DNA from: Auanema rhodensis
Taxonomy: Eukaryota; Animalia; Nematoda
Direction of reading: 5' to 3'
Length of the DNA: 64,000 nt
Assembly: GCA_964057225.1 (NCBI GenBank)
Contig: OZ059898.1
Location: forward strand, 19,034,001 to 19,098,000
Under the pieces are notes generated by a model. It was not told where the DNA came from, made no database searches, and saw nothing but the letters and a program-made list of their open reading frames with translations. Shown here piece after piece: positions 38,947-55,000 of this stretch. The position numbers and the translations under genes are program-made. Positions within the stretch are counted from its first letter, which is position 1. The number at the start of each line of letters is the position of its first letter.

Positions 38947-41900
38947 AACTAATTTTTGTATTAAGCGTTTTTCAATGTAGTATAGTGCATTCGATGCGGA
39001 TTTTTAAGCTGCGTCGATCTGTGTTATCAGATTTGCGCTAGCTTAAAAATGCACCGAGATATCAACTGATATAAGTTCACACTTATATCCTCGATTTTCA
39101 CCCTGAAGAATTAATTTTTTTGTTGAATAACATTGTCCATCGTCTTTGCCTTGAAAAAAGGAATCTAAAGACATCTACTTTTTGCTAAATTATTTCGAAA
39201 TTTTTTGAAAAAATTTTTGTCAAAATGTTTTTGGAAGCAATGTTGAGTGTACATGGAAACTCAACATACACTAATGCATCATTTTTCAAACGATCATAAC
39301 TAATTTTTGTATTGAGCGTTTCTCAAAGTAGTATAGTGCATTCGATGCGGATTTTTAAGCTGCGTCGATCTGTGTTATCAGATTTGCGCTAGCTGAAAAA
39401 TGCACCGAGATATCAACTGATATAAGTTTACACTTATATCCTCGATTTTCACCCTGAAGAATTAATTCTTTCGTTGAATAACATTGTCCATCGTCTTTGC
39501 CTTGAAAAAAGGAATCTAAAAACATCTTCTTTTTGCTAAATTATTTTGAAATTTTTTGAAAAAATTTTTGTCAAAATGTTTTTGGAAGCAATGTTGAGTG
39601 TACATGGAAACTCAACATACACTAATGCATCATTTTTCAAACGATCATAACTATATTTTGTATAAAGCGTTTCTCAATGTAGTATAGTGCATTCGATGCG
39701 GATTTTTAAGCTGCGTCGATCTGTGTTATCAGATTTGCGCTAGCTTAAAAATGCACCGAGATATCAACTGATATAAGTTCACACTTATTTCCTCGATTTT
39801 CACCCTGAAGAATTAATTTTTTCGTTGAATAACATTGTCCATCGTCTTTGCCTTGAAAAAAGGAATCTGAAAACATCTACTTTTTGCTAAATTATTTTGA
39901 AATTTTTTGAAAAAATTTTTGTCAAAATGTTTTTGGAAGCAATGTTGAGTGTACATGGAAACTCAACATACACTAATGCATCATTTTTCAAACGATCATA
40001 ACTAATTTTTGTATAAAGCGTTTCTCAAAGTAGTATAGTGCATTCGATGCGGATTTTTAAGCTGCGTCGATCTGTGTTATCAGATTTGCGCTAGCTTAAA
40101 AAAGCACCGAGATATCAACTGATATAAGTTCACACTTATATCCTCGATTTTCACCCTGAAGAATTAATTTTTTTGTTGAATAACATTGTCCATCGTCTTT
40201 GCCTTGAAAAAAGGAATCTAAAAACATCTACTTTTTGCTAAATTATTTTGAAATTTTTTGAAAAAATTTTTGTCAAAATGTTTTTGGAAGCAATGTTGAG
40301 TGTACATGGAAACTCAACATACACTAATGCATCATTTTTCAAACGATCATAACTAATTTTTGTATAAAGCGTTTCTCAAAGTAGTATAGTGCATTCGATG
40401 CGGATTTTTAAGCTGCGTCGATCTGTGTTATCAGATTTGCGCTAGCTTAAAAAAGCACCGAGATATCAACTGATATAAGTTCACACTTATATCCTCGATT
40501 TTCACCCTGAAGAATTAATTTTTTTGTTGAATAACATTGTCCATCGTCTTTGCCTTGAAAAAAGGAATCTAAAAACATCTACTTTTTGCTAAATTATTTT
40601 GAAATTTTTTGAAAAAATTTTTGTCAAAATGTTTTTGGAAGCAATGTTGAGTGTACATGGAAACTCAACATACACTAATGCATCATTTTTCAAACGATCA
40701 TAACTAATTTTTGTATAAAGCGTTTCTCAAAGTAGTATAGTGCATTCGATGCGGATTTTTAAGCTGCGTCGATCTGTGTTATCAGATTTGCGCTAGCTTA
40801 AAAAAGCACCGAGATATCAACTGATATAAGTTCACACTTATATCCTCGATTTTCACCCTGAAGAATTAATTTTTTTGTTGAATAACATTGTCCATCGTCT
40901 TTGCCTTGAAAAAAGGAATCTAAAAACATCTACTTTTTGCTAAATTATTTTGAAATTTTTTGAAAAAATTTTTGTCAAAATGTTTTTGGAAGCAATGTTG
41001 AGTGTACATGGAAACTCAACATACACTAATGCATCATTTTTCAAACGATCATAACTAATTTTTGTATAAAGCGTTTCTCAAAGTAGTTTAGTGCATTCGA
41101 TGCGGATTTTTAAGCTGCGTCGATCTGTGTTATCAGATTTGCGCTAGCTGAAAAATGCACCGAGATATCAACTGATATAAGTTTACACTTATATCCTCGA
41201 TTTTCACCCTGAAGAATTAATTTTTTCGTTGAATAACATTGTCCATCGTCTTTGCCTTGAAAAAAGGAATCTAAAAACATCTTCTTTTTGCTAAATTATT
41301 TTGAAATTTTTTGAAAAAATTTTTGTCAAAATGTTTTTGGAAGCAATGTTGAGTGTACATGGAAACTCAACATACACTAATGCATCATTTTTCAAACGAT
41401 CATAACTAATTTTTGTATTAAGCGTTTTTCAATGTAGTATAGTGCATTCGATGCGGATTTTTAAGCTGCGTCGATCTGTGTTATCAGATTTGCGCTAGCT
41501 TAAAAATGCACCGAGATATCAACTGATATAAGTTCACACTTATATCCTCGATTTTCACCCTGAAGAATTAATTTTTTTGTTGAATAACATTGTCCATCGT
41601 CTTTGCCTTGAAAAAAGGAATCTAAAGACATCTACTTTTTGCTAAATTATTTCGAAATTTTTTGAAAAAATTTTTGTCAAAATGTTTTTGGAAGCAATGT
41701 TGAGTGTACATGGAAACTCAACATACACTAATGCATCATTTTTCAAACGATCATAACTAATTTTTGTATTGAGCGTTTCTCAAAGTAGTATAGTGCATTC
41801 GATGCGGATTTTTAAGCTGCGTCGATCTGTGTTATCAGATTTGCGCTAGCTGAAAAATGCACCGAGATATCAACTGATATAAGTTTACACTTATATCCTC

Positions 41901-42807
41901 GATTTTCACCCTGAAGAATTAATTCTTTCGTTGAATAACATTGTCCATCGTCTTTGCCTTGAAAAAAGGAATCTAAAAACATCTTCTTTTTGCTAAATTA
42001 TTTTGAAATTTTTTGAAAAAATTTTTGTCAAAATGTTTTTGGAAGCAATGTTGAGTGTACATGGAAACTCAACATACACTAATGCATCATTTTTCAAACG
42101 ATCATAACTAATTTTTGTATAAAGCGTTTCTCAATGTAGTATAGTGCATTCGATGCGGATTTTTAAGCTGCGTCGATCTGTGTTATCAGATTTGCGCTAG
42201 CTTAAAAATGCACCGAGATATCAACTGATATAAGTTCACACTTATTTCCTCGATTTTCACCCTGAAGAATTAATTTTTTCGTTGAATAACATTGTCCATC
42301 GTCTTTGCCTTGAAAAAAGGAATCTGAAAACATCTACTTTTTGCTAAATTATCTTGAAATTTTTTGAAAAAATTTTTGTCAAAATGTTTTTGGAAGCAAT
42401 GTTGAGTGTACATGGAAACTCAACATACACTAATGCATCATTTTTCAAACGATCATAACTAATTTTTGTATAAAGCGTTTCTCAAAGTAGTATAGTGCAT
42501 TCGATGCGGATTTTTAAGCTGCGTCGATCTGTGTTATCAGATTTGCGCTAGCTTAAAAAAGCACCGAGATATCAACTGATATAAGTTCACACTTATATCC
42601 TCGATTTTCACCCTGAAGAATTAATTTTTTTGTTGAATAACATTGTCCATCGTCTTTGCCTTGAAAAAAGGAATCTAAAAACATCTACTTTTTGCTAAAT
42701 TATTTTGAAATTTTTTGAAAAAATTTTTGTCAAAATGTTTTTGGAAGCAATGTTGAGTGTACATGGAAACTCAACATACACTAATGCATCATTTTTCAAA
42801 CGATCAT
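38947..42807. repeat. 4-monomer block repeated at 7-monomer offset (2457 bp), with an intervening monomer triplication
   Basis: ctaaaGac 39170/41627 and aattCttt 39468/41925. aaaaaAgcacc occurs in three consecutive monomers (40103, 40454, 40805) and again at 42560. Confidence 0.85.
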
Positions 42808-45800
42808 AACTACTTTTTGTATTAAGCGTTTCTCAAAGTAGTATAGTGCATTCGATGCGGATTTTTAAGCTGCGTCGATCTGTGTTATCAGATTTGCGCT
42901 AGCTTAAAAATGCACCGAGATATCAACTGATATAAGTTCACACTTATATCCTCGATTTTCACCCTGAAGAATTAATTTTTTCGTTGAATAACATTGTCCA
43001 TCGTCTTTGCCTTGAAAAAAGGAATCTAAAAACATCTTCTTTTTGCTAAATCATTTTGAAATTTTTCGAAAAAATTTTTGTCAAAATGTTTTTGGAAGCA
43101 ATGTTGAGTGTACATGGAAACTCAACATACACTAATGCATCATTTTTCAAACGATCATAACTAATTTTTGTATTAAGCGTTTCTCAAAGTAGTATAGTGC
43201 ATTCGATGCGGATTTTTAAGCTGCGTCGATCTGTGTTATCAGATTTGCGCTAGCTTAAAAAAGCACCGAGATATCAACTGATATAAGTTCACACTTATAT
43301 CCTCGATTTTCACCCTGAAGAATTAATTTTTTTGTTGAATAACATTGTCCATCGTTTTTGCCTTGAAAAAAGGAATCTAAAAACATCTACTTTTTGCTAA
43401 ATTATTTTGAAATTTTTTGAAAAAATTTTTGTCAAAATGTTTTTGGAAGCAATGTTGAGTGTACATGGAAACTCAACATACACTAATGCATCATTTTTCA
43501 AACGATCATAACTAATTTTTGTATTAAGCGTTTCTCAAAGTAGTATAGTGCATTCGATGCGGATTTTTAAGCTGCGTCGATCTGTGTTATCAGATTTGCG
43601 CTAGCTTAAAAATGCACCGAGATATCAACTGATATAAGTTCACACTTATTTCCTCGATTTTCACCCTGAAGAATTAATTTTTTCGTTGAATAACATTGTC
43701 CATCGTCTTTGCTTTGAAAAAAGGAATCTAAAAACATCTACTTTTTGCTAAATTATTTTGAAATTTTTTGAAAAAATTTTTGTCAAAATGTTTTTGGAAG
43801 CAATGTTGAGTGTACATGGAAACTCAACATACACTAATGTATCATTTTTCAAACGATCATAACTACTTTTTGTATAAAGCGTTTCTCAAAGTAGTATAGT
43901 GCATTCGATGCGGATTTTTAAGCTGCGTCGATCTGTGTTATCAGATTTGCGCTAGCTTAAAAATGCACCGAGATATCAACTGATATAAGTTCACACTTAT
44001 ATCCTCGATTTTCACCCTGAAGAACTAATTTTTTCGTTGAAAAACATTGTCCATCGTGTTTGCCTTGAAAAAAGGAATCTAAAAACATCTACTTTTTGCT
44101 AAATTATTCTGAAATTTTTCGAAAAAATTTTTGTCAAAATGTTTTTGGAAGCAATGTTGAGTGTACATGGAAACTCAACATACACTAATGCATCATTTTT
44201 CAAACGATCATAACTAATTTTTGTATAAAGCGTTTCTCAAAGTAGTATAGTGCATTCGATGCGGATTTTTAAGCTGCGTCGATCTGTGTTATCAGATTTG
44301 CGCTAGCTTAAAAATGCACCGAGATATCAACTGATATAAGTTCACACTTATATCCTCGATTTTCACCCTGAAGAATTAATTTTTTTGTTGAATAACATTG
44401 TCCATCGTCTTTGCCTTGAAAAAAGGAATCTAAAAACATCTACTTTTTGCTAAATTATTTTGAAATTTTTTGAAAAAATTTTTGTCAAAATGTTTTTGGA
44501 AGCAATGTTGAGTGTACATGGAAACTCAACATACACTAATGCATCATTTTTCAAACGATCATAACTAATTTTTGTATTAAGCGTTTCTCAAAGTAGTATA
44601 GTGCATTCGATGCGGATTTTTAAGCTGCGTCGATCTGTGTTATCAGATTTGCGCTAGCTTAAAAATGCACCGAGATATCAACTGATATAAGTTCACACTT
44701 ATATCCTCGATTTTCACCCTGAAGAATTAATTTTTTTGTTGAATAACATTGTCCATCGTTTTTGCCTTGAAAAAAGGAATCTAAAAACATCTACTTTTTG
44801 CTAAATTATTTTGAAATTTTTTGAAAAAATTTTTGTCAAAATGTTTTTGGAAGCAATGTTGAGTGTACATGGAAACTCAACATACACTAATGCATCATTT
44901 TTCAAACGATCATAACTAATTTTTGTATTAAGCGTTTCTCAAAGTAGTATAGTGCATTCGATGCGGATTTTTAAGCTGCGTCGATCTGTGTTATCAGATT
45001 TGCGCTAGCTTAAAAATGCACCAAGATATCAACTGATATAAGTTCACACTTATTTCCTCGATTTTCACCCTGAAGAATTAATTTTTTCGTTGAATAACAT
45101 TGTCCATCGTCTTTGCTTTGAAAAAAGGAATCTAAAAACATCTACTTTTTGCTAAATTATTTTGAAATTTTTTGAAAAAATTTTTGTCAAAATGTTTTTG
45201 GAAGCAATGTTGAGTGTACATGGAAACTCAACATACACTAATGTATCATTTTTCAAACGATCATAACTACTTTTTGTATAAAGCGTTTTTCAAAGTAGTA
45301 TAGTGCATTCGATGCGGATTTTTAAGCTGCGTCGATCTGTGTTATCAGATTTGCGCTAGCTTAAAAATGCACCGAGATATCAACTGATATAAGTTCACAC
45401 TTATATCCTCGATTTTCACCCTGAAGAACTAATTTTTTCGTTGAAAAACATTGTCCATCGTGTTTGCCTTGAAAAAAGGAATCTAAAAACATCTACTTTT
45501 TGCTAAATTATTCTGAAATTTTTCGAAAAAATTTTTGTCAAAATGTTTTTGGAAGCAATGTTGAGTGTACATGGAAACTCAACATACACTAATGCATCAT
45601 TTTTCAAACGATCATAACTAATTTTTGTATAAAGCGTTTCTCAAAGTAGTATAGTGCATTCGATGCGGATTTTTAAGCTGCGTCGATCTGTGTTATCAGA
45701 TTTGCGCTAGCTTAAAAATGCACCGAGATATCAACTGATATAAGTTCACACTTATATCCTCGATTTTCACCCTGAAGAATTAATTTTTTTGTTGAATAAC

Positions 45801-48800
45801 ATTGTCCATCGTCTTTGCCTTGAAAAAAGGAATCTAAAAACATCTACTTTTTGCTAAATTATTTTGAAATTTTTTGAAAAAATTTTTGTCAAAATGTTTT
45901 TGGAAGCAATGTTGAGTGTACATGGAAACTCAACATACACTAATGCATCATTTTTCAAACGATCATAACTAATTTTTGTATTAAGCGTTTCTCAAAGTAG
46001 TATAGTGCATTCGATGCGGATTTTTAAGTTGCGTCGATCTGTGTTATCAGATTTGCGCTAGCTTAAAAATGCACCGAGATATCAACTGATATAAGTTCAC
46101 ACTTATATCCTCGATTTTCACCCTGAAGAATTAATTTTTTTGTTGAATAACATTGTCCATCGTCTTTGCCTTGAAAAAAAGAATCTAAAAACATCTACTT
46201 TTTGCTAAATTATTTTGAAATTTTTTGAAAAAATTTTTGTCAAAATGTTTTTGGAAGCAATGTTGAGTGTACATGGAAACTCAACATACACTAATGCATC
46301 ATTTTTCAAACGATCATAACTAATTTTTGTATTAAGCGTTTCTCAAAGTAGTATAGTGCATTCGATGCGGATTTTTAAGCTGCGTCGATCTGTGTTATCA
46401 GATTTGCGCTAGCTTAAAAATGCACCGAGATATCAACTGATATAAGTTCACACTTATATCCTCGATTTTCACCCTGAAGAATTAATTTTTTTGTTGAATA
46501 ACATTGTCCATCGTCTTTGCCTTGAAAAAAAGAATCTAAAAACATCTACTTTTTGCTAAATTATTTTGAAATTTTTTGAAAAAATTTTTGTCAAAATGTT
46601 TTTGGAAGCAATGTTGAGTGTACATGGAAACTCAACATACACTAATGCATCATTTTTCAAACGATCATAACTAATTTTTGTATTAAGCGTTTCTCAAAGT
46701 AGTATAGTGCATTCGATGCGGATTTTTAAGCTGCGTCGATCTGTGTTATCAGATTTGCGCTAGCTTAAAAATGCACCGAGATATCAACTGATATAAGTTC
46801 ACACTTATATCCTCGATTTTCACCCTGAAGAATTAATTTTTTTGTTGAATAACATTGTCCATCGTTTTTGCCTTGAAAAAAGGAATCTAAAAACATCTAC
46901 TTTTTGCTAAATTATTTTGAAATTTTTTGAAAAAATTTTTGTCAAAATGTTTTTGGAAGCAATGTTGAGTGTACATGGAAACTCAACATACACTAATGCA
47001 TCATTTTTCAAACGATCATAACTAATTTTTGTATTAAGCGTTTTTCAAAGTAGTATAGTGCATTCGATGCGGATTTTTAAGCTGCGTCGATCTGTGTTAT
47101 CAGATTTGCGCTAGCTTAAAAATGCACCGAGATATCAACTGATATAAGTTTACACTTATATCCTCGATTTTCACCCTGAAGAATTAATTTTTTCGTTGAA
47201 TAACATTGTCCATCGTCTTTGCTTTGAAAAAAGGAATCTAAAAACATCTACTTTTTGCTAAATTATTTTGAAATTTTTTGAAAAAATTTTTGTCAAAATG
47301 TTTTTGGAAGCAATGTTGAGTGTACATGGAAACTCAACATACACTAATGTATCATTTTTCAAACGATCATAACTACTTTTTGTATAAAGCGTTTTTCAAA
47401 GTAGTATAGTGCATTCGATGCGGATTTTTAAGCTGCGTCGATCTGTGTTATCAGATTTGCGCTAGCTTAAAAATGCACCGAGATATCAACTGATATAAGT
47501 TTACACTTATATCCTCGATTTTCACCCTGAAGAATTAATTTTTTTGTTGAATAACATTGTCCATCGTCTTTGCCTTGAAAAAAGGAATCTAAAAACATCT
47601 ACTTTTTGCTAAATTATTCTGAAATTTTTCGAAAAAATTTTTGTCACAATGTTTTTGGAAGCAATGTTGAGTGTACATGGAAACTCAACATACACTAATG
47701 CATCATTTTTCAAACGATCATAACTAATTTTTGTATAAAGCGTTTCTCAAAGTAGTATAGTGCATTCGATGCGGATTTTTAAGCTGCGTCGATCTGTGTT
47801 ATCAGATTTGCGCTAGCTTAAAAATGCACCGAGATATCAACTGATATAAGTTCACACTTATATCCTCGATTTTCACCCTGAAGAATTAATTTTTTTGTTG
47901 AATAACATTGTCCATCGTCTTTGCCTTGAAAAAAGGAATCTAAAAACATCTACTTTTTGCTAAATTATTTTGAAATTTTTTGAAAAAATTTTTGTCAAAA
48001 TGTTTTTGGAAGCAATGTTGAGTGTACATGGAAACTCAACATACACTAATGCATCATTTTTCAAACGATCATAACTAATTTTTGTATTAAGCGTTTCTCA
48101 AAGTAGTATAGTGCATTCGATGCGGATTTTTAAGTTGCGTCGATCTGTGTTATCAGATTTGCGCTAGCTTAAAAATGCACCGAGATATCAACTGATATAA
48201 GTTCACACTTATATCCTCGATTTTCACCCTGAAGAATTAATTTTTTTGTTGAATAACATTGTCCATCGTCTTTGCCTTGAAAAAAAGAATCTAAAAACAT
48301 CTACTTTTTGCTAAATTATTTTGAAATTTTTTGAAAAAATTTTTGTCAAAATGTTTTTGGAAGCAATGTTGAGTGTACATGGAAACTCAACATACACTAA
48401 TGCATCATTTTTCAAACGATCATAACTAATTTTTGTATTAAGCGTTTTTCAAAGTAGTATAGTGCATTCGATGCGGATTTTTAAGCTGCGTCGATCTGTG
48501 TTATCAGATTTGCGCTAGCTTAAAAATGCACCGAGATATCAACTGATATAAGTTCACACTTATATCCTCGATTTTCACCCTGAAGAATTAATTTTTTTGT
48601 TGAATAACATTGTCCATCGTCTTTGCCTTGAAAAAAAGAATCTAAAAACATCTACTTTTTGCTAAATTATTTTGAAATTTTTTGAAAAAATTTTTGTCAA
48701 AATGTTTTTGGAAGCAATGTTGAGTGTACATGGAAACTCAACATACACTAATGCATCATTTTTCAAACGATCATAACTAATTTTTGTATTAAGCGTTTCT

Positions 48801-49055
48801 CAAAGTAGTATAGTGCATTCGATGCGGATTTTTAAGCTGCGTCGATCTGTGTTATCAGATTTGCGCTAGCTTAAAAATGCACCGAGATATCAACTGATAT
48901 AAGTTCACACTTATATCCTCGATTTTCACCCTGAAGAATTAATTTTTTTGTTGAAAAACATTGTCCATCGTGTTTGCCTTGAAAAAAGGAATCTAAAAAC
49001 ATCTACTTTTTGCTAAATCATTTTAAAATTTTTCGAAAAAATTTTTGTCAAAATG

Positions 49056-52000
49056 TTTTGGAAGCAATGTTGAGTGTACATGGAAACTCAACATACACTA
49101 ATGCATCATTTTTCAAACGATCATAACTAATTTTTGTATAAAGCGTTTCTCAAAGTAGTATAGTGCATTCGATGCGGATTTTTAAGCTGCGTCGATCTGT
49201 GTTATCAGATTTGCGCTAGCTTAAAAATGCACCGAGATATCAACTGATATAAGTTCACACTTATATCCTCGATTTTCACCCTGAAGAATTAATTTTTTTG
49301 TTGAATAACATTGTCCATCGTTTTTGCCTTGAAAAAAAGAATCTAAAAACATCTACTTTTTGCTAAATTATTTTGAAATTTTTTGAAAAAATTTTTGTCA
49401 AAATGTTTTTGGAAGCAATGTTGAGTGTACATGGAAACTCAACATACACTAATGCATCATTTTTCAAACGATCATAACTAATTTTTGTATTAAGCGTTTC
49501 TCAAAGTAGTATAGTGCATTCGATGCGGATTTTTAAGCTGCGTCGATCTGTGTTATCAGATTTGCGCTAGCTTAAAAATGCACCGAGATATCAACTGATA
49601 TAAGTTCACACTTATATCCTCGATTTTCACCCTGAAGAATTAATTTTTTTGTTGAATAACATTGTCCATCGTCTTTGCCTTGAAAAAAAGAATCTAAAAA
49701 CATCTACTTTTTGCTAAATTATTTTGAAATTTTTTGAAAAAATTTTTGTCAAAATGTTTTTGGAAGCAATGTTGAGTGTACATGGAAACTCAACATACAC
49801 TAATGCATCATTTTTCAAACGATCATAACTAATTTTTGTATTAAGCGTTTCTCAAAGTAGTATAGTGCATTCGATGCGGATTTTTAAGCTGCGTCGATCT
49901 GTGTTATCAGATTTGCGCTAGCTTAAAAATGCACCGAGATATCAACTGATATAAGTTCACACTTATATCCTCGATTTTCACCCTGAAGAACTAATTTTTT
50001 CGTTGAAAAACATTGTCCATCGTGTTTGCCTTGAAAAAAGGAATCTAAAAACATCTACTTTTTGCTAAATTATTCTGAAATTTTTCGAAAAAATTTTTGT
50101 CAAAATGTTTTTGGAAGCAATGTTGAGTGTACATGGAAACTCAACATACACTAATGCATCATTTTTCAAACGATCATAACTAATTTTTGTATAAAGCGTT
50201 TCTCAAAGTAGTATAGTGCATTCGATGCGGATTTTTAAGCTGCGTCGATCTGTGTTATCAGATTTGCGCTAGCTTAAAAATGCACCGAGATATCAACTGA
50301 TATAAGTTCACACTTATATCCTCGATTTTCACCCTGAAGAATTAATTTTTTTGTTGAATAACATTGTCCATCGTCTTTGCCTTGAAAAAAGGAATCTAAA
50401 AACATCTACTTTTTGCTAAATTATTTTGAAATTTTTTGAAAAAATTTTTGTCAAAATGTTTTTGGAAGCAATGTTGAGTGTACATGGAAACTCAACATAC
50501 ACTAATGCATCATTTTTCAAACGATCATAACTAATTTTTGTATTAAGCGTTTCTCAAAGTAGTATAGTGCATTCGATGCGGATTTTTAAGCTGCGTCGAT
50601 CTGTGTTATCAGATTTGCGCTAGCTTAAAAATGCACCGAGATATCAACTGATATAAGTTCACACTTATATCCTCGATTTTCACCCTGAAGAATTAATTTT
50701 TTTGTTGAATAACATTGTCCATCGTCTTTGCCTTGAAAAAAAGAATCTAAAAACATCTACTTTTTGCTAAATTATTTTGAAATTTTTTGAAAAAATTTTT
50801 GTCAAAATGTTTTTGGAAGCAATGTTGAGTGTACATGGAAACTCAACATACACTAATGCATCATTTTTCAAACGATCATAACTAATTTTTGTATTAAGCG
50901 TTTCTCAAAGTAGTATAGTGCATTCGATGCGGATTTTTAAGCTGCGTCGATCTGTGTTATCAGATTTGCGCTAGCTTAAAAATGCACCGAGATATCAACT
51001 GATATAAGTTCACACTTATATCCTCGATTTTCACCCTGAAGAATTAATTTTTTTGTTGAATAACATTGTCCATCGTTTTTGCCTTGAAAAAAGGAATCTA
51101 AAAACATCTACTTTTTGCTAAATTATTTTGAAATTTTTTGAAAAAATTTTTGTCAAAATGTTTTTGGAAGCAATGTTGAGTGTACATGGAAACTCAACAT
51201 ACACTAATGCATCATTTTTCAAACGATCATAACTAATTTTTGTATTAAGCGTTTTTCAAAGTAGTATAGTGCATTCGATGCGGATTTTTAAGCTGCGTCG
51301 ATCTGTGTTATCAGATTTGCGCTAGCTTAAAAATGCACCGAGATATCAACTGATATAAGTTTACACTTATATCCTCGATTTTCACCCTGAAGAATTAATT
51401 TTTTTGTTGAATAACATTGTCCATCGTGTTTGCCTTGAAAAAAGGAATCTAAAAACATCTAATTTTTGCTAAATCATTTTAAAATTTTTTGAAAAAATTT
51501 TTGTCAAAATGTTTTTGGAAGCAATGTTGAGTGTACATGGAAACTCAACTTACACTAATGCATCATTTTTCAAACGATCATAACTAATTTTTGTATTAAG
51601 CGTTTCTCAAAGTAGTATAATGCATTCGATGCGGATTTTTAAGCTGCGTCGATCTGTGTTATCAGATTTGCGCTAGCTTAAAAATGCACCGAGATATCAA
51701 CTGATATAAGTTTACACTTATATCCTCGATTTTCACCCTGAAGAATTAATTTTTTCGTTGAATAACATTGTCCATCGTCTTTGCTTTGAAAAAAGGAATC
51801 TAAAAACATCTACTTTTTGCTAAATCATTTTAAAATTTTTTGAAAAAATTTTTGTCAAAATGTTTTTGGAAGCAATGTTGAGTGTACATGGAAACTCAAC
51901 ATACACTAATGCATCATTTTTCAAACGATCATAACTAATTTTTGTATTGAGCGTTTCTCAATGTAGTATAGTGCATTTGATGCGGATTTTTAAGCTGCGT

Positions 52001-55000
52001 CGATCTGTGTTATCAGATTTGCGCTAGCTTAAAAATGCACCGAGATATCAACTGATATAAGTTTACACTTATATCCTCGATTTTCACCCTGAAGAATTAA
52101 TTTTTTTGTTGAATAACATTGTCCATCGTGTTTGCCTTGAAAAAAGGAATCTAAAAACATCTACTTTTTGCTAAATCATTTTAAAATTTTTTGAAAAAAT
52201 TTTTGTCAAAATGTTTTTGGAAGCAATGTTGAGTGTACATGGAAACTCAACTTACACTAATGCATCATTTTTCAAACGATCATAACTAATTTTTGTATTA
52301 AGCGTTTCTCAAAGTAGTATAGTGCATTCGATGCGGATTTTTAAGCTGCGTCGATCTGTGTTATCAGATTTGCGCTAGCTTAAAAATGCACCGAGATATC
52401 AACTGATATAAGTTCACACTTATATCCTCGATTTTCACCCTGAAGAATTAATTTTTTTGTTGAATAACATTGTCCATCGTCTTTGCCTTGAAAAAAAGAA
52501 TCTAAAAACATCTACTTTTTGCTAAATTATTTTGAAATTTTTTGAAAAAATTTTTGTCAAAATGTTTTTGGAAGCAATGTTGAGTGTACATGGAAACTCA
52601 ACATACACTAATGTATCATTTTTCAAACGATCATAACTACTTTTTGTATAAAGCGTTTCTCAAAGTAGTATAGTGCATTCGATGCGGATTTTTAAGCTGC
52701 GTCGATCTGTGTTATCAGATTTGCGCTAGCTTAAAAATGCACCGAGATATCAACTGATATAAGTTCACACTTATATCCTCGATTTTCACCCTGAAGAACT
52801 AATTTTTTCGTTGAAAAACATTGTCCATCGTGTTTGCCTTGAAAAAAGGAATCTAAAAACATCTACTTTTTGCTAAATTATTCTGAAATTTTTCGAAAAA
52901 ATTTTTGTCAAAATGTTTTTGGAAGCAATGTTGAGTGTACATGGAAACTCAACATACACTAATGCATCATTTTTCAAACGATCATAACTAATTTTTGTAT
53001 AAAGCGTTTCTCAAAGTAGTATAGTGCATTCGATGCGGATTTTTAAGCTGCGTCGATCTGTGTTATCAGATTTGCGCTAGCTTAAAAATGCACCGAGATA
53101 TCAACTGATATAAGTTCACACTTATATCCTCGATTTTCACCCTGAAGAATTAATTTTTTTGTTGAATAACATTGTCCATCGTCTTTGCCTTGAAAAAAGG
53201 AATCTAAAAACATCTACTTTTTGCTAAATTATTTTGAAATTTTTTGAAAAAATTTTTGTCAAAATGTTTTTGGAAGCAATGTTGAGTGTACATGGAAACT
53301 CAACATACACTAATGCATCATTTTTCAAACGATCATAACTAATTTTTGTATAAAGCGTTTCTCAAAGTAGTATAGTGCATTCGATGCGGATTTTTAAGCT
53401 GCGTCGATCTGTGTTATCAGATTTGCGCTAGCTTAAAAATGCACCGAGATATCAACTGATATAAGTTCACACTTATATCCTCGATTTTCACCCTGAAGAA
53501 TTAATTTTTTTGTTGAATAACATTGTCCATCGTCTTTGCCTTGAAAAAAAGAATCTAAAAACATCTACTTTTTGCTAAATTATTTTGAAATTTTTTGAAA
53601 AAATTTTTGTCAAAATGTTTTTGGAAGCAATGTTGAGTGTACATGGAAACTCAACATACACTAATGCATCATTTTTCAAACGATCATAACTAATTTTTGT
53701 ATTAAGCGTTTCTCAAAGTAGTATAGTGCATTCGATGCGGATTTTCAAGCTGCGTCGATCTGTGTTATCAGATTTGCGCTAGCTTAAAAATGCACCGAGA
53801 TATCAACTGATATAAGTTCACACTTATATCCTCGATTTTCACCCTGAAGAATTAATTTTTTTGTTGAATAACATTGTCCATCGTTTTTGCCTTGAAAAAA
53901 GGAATCTAAAAACATCTACTTTTTGCTAAATTATTTTGAAATTTTTTGAAAAAATTTTTGTCAAAATGTTTTTGGAAGCAATGTTGAGTGTACATGGAAA
54001 CTCAACATACACTAATGCATCATTTTTCAAACGATCATAACTAATTTTTGTATTAAGCGTTTTTCAAAGTAGTATAGTGCATTCGATGCGGATTTTTAAG
54101 CTGCGTCGATCTGTGTTATCAGATTTGCGCTAGCTTAAAAATGCACCGAGATATCAACTGATATAAGTTTACACTTATATCCTCGATTTTCACCCTGAAG
54201 AATTAATTTTTTTGTTGAATAACATTGTCCATCGTGTTTGCCTTGAAAAAAGGAATCTAAAAACATCTAATTTTTGCTAAATCATTTTAAAATTTTTTGA
54301 AAAAATTTTTGTCAAAATGTTTTTGGAAGCAATGTTGAGTGTACATGGAAACTCAACTTACACTAATGCATCATTTTTCAAACGATCATAACTAATTTTT
54401 GTATTAAGCGTTTCTCAAAGTAGTATAGTGCATTCGATGCGGATTTTTAAGCTGCGTCGATCTGTGTTATCAGATTTGCGCTAGCTTAAAAATGCACCGA
54501 GATATCAACTGATATAAGTTCACACTTATATCCTCGATTTTCACCCTGAAGAATTAATTTTTTTGTTGAATAACATTGTCCATCGTCTTTGCCTTGAAAA
54601 AAAGAATCTAAAAACATCTACTTTTTGCTAAATTATTTTGAAATTTTTTGAAAAAATTTTTGTCAAAATGTTTTTGGAAGCAATGTTGAGTGTACATGGA
54701 AACTCAACATACACTAATGCATCATTTTTCAAACGATCATAACTAATTTTTGTATTAAGCGTTTCTCAAAGTAGTATAGTGCATTCGATGCGGATTTTTA
54801 AGCTGCGTCGATCTGTGTTATCAGATTTGCGCTAGCTTAAAAATGCACCGAGATATCAACTGATATAAGTTCACACTTATATCCTCGATTTTCACCCTGA
54901 AGAATTAATTTTTTTGTTGAAAAACATTGTCCATCGTGTTTGCCTTGAAAAAAGGAATCTAAAAACATCTACTTTTTGCTAAATCATTTTAAAATTTTTC

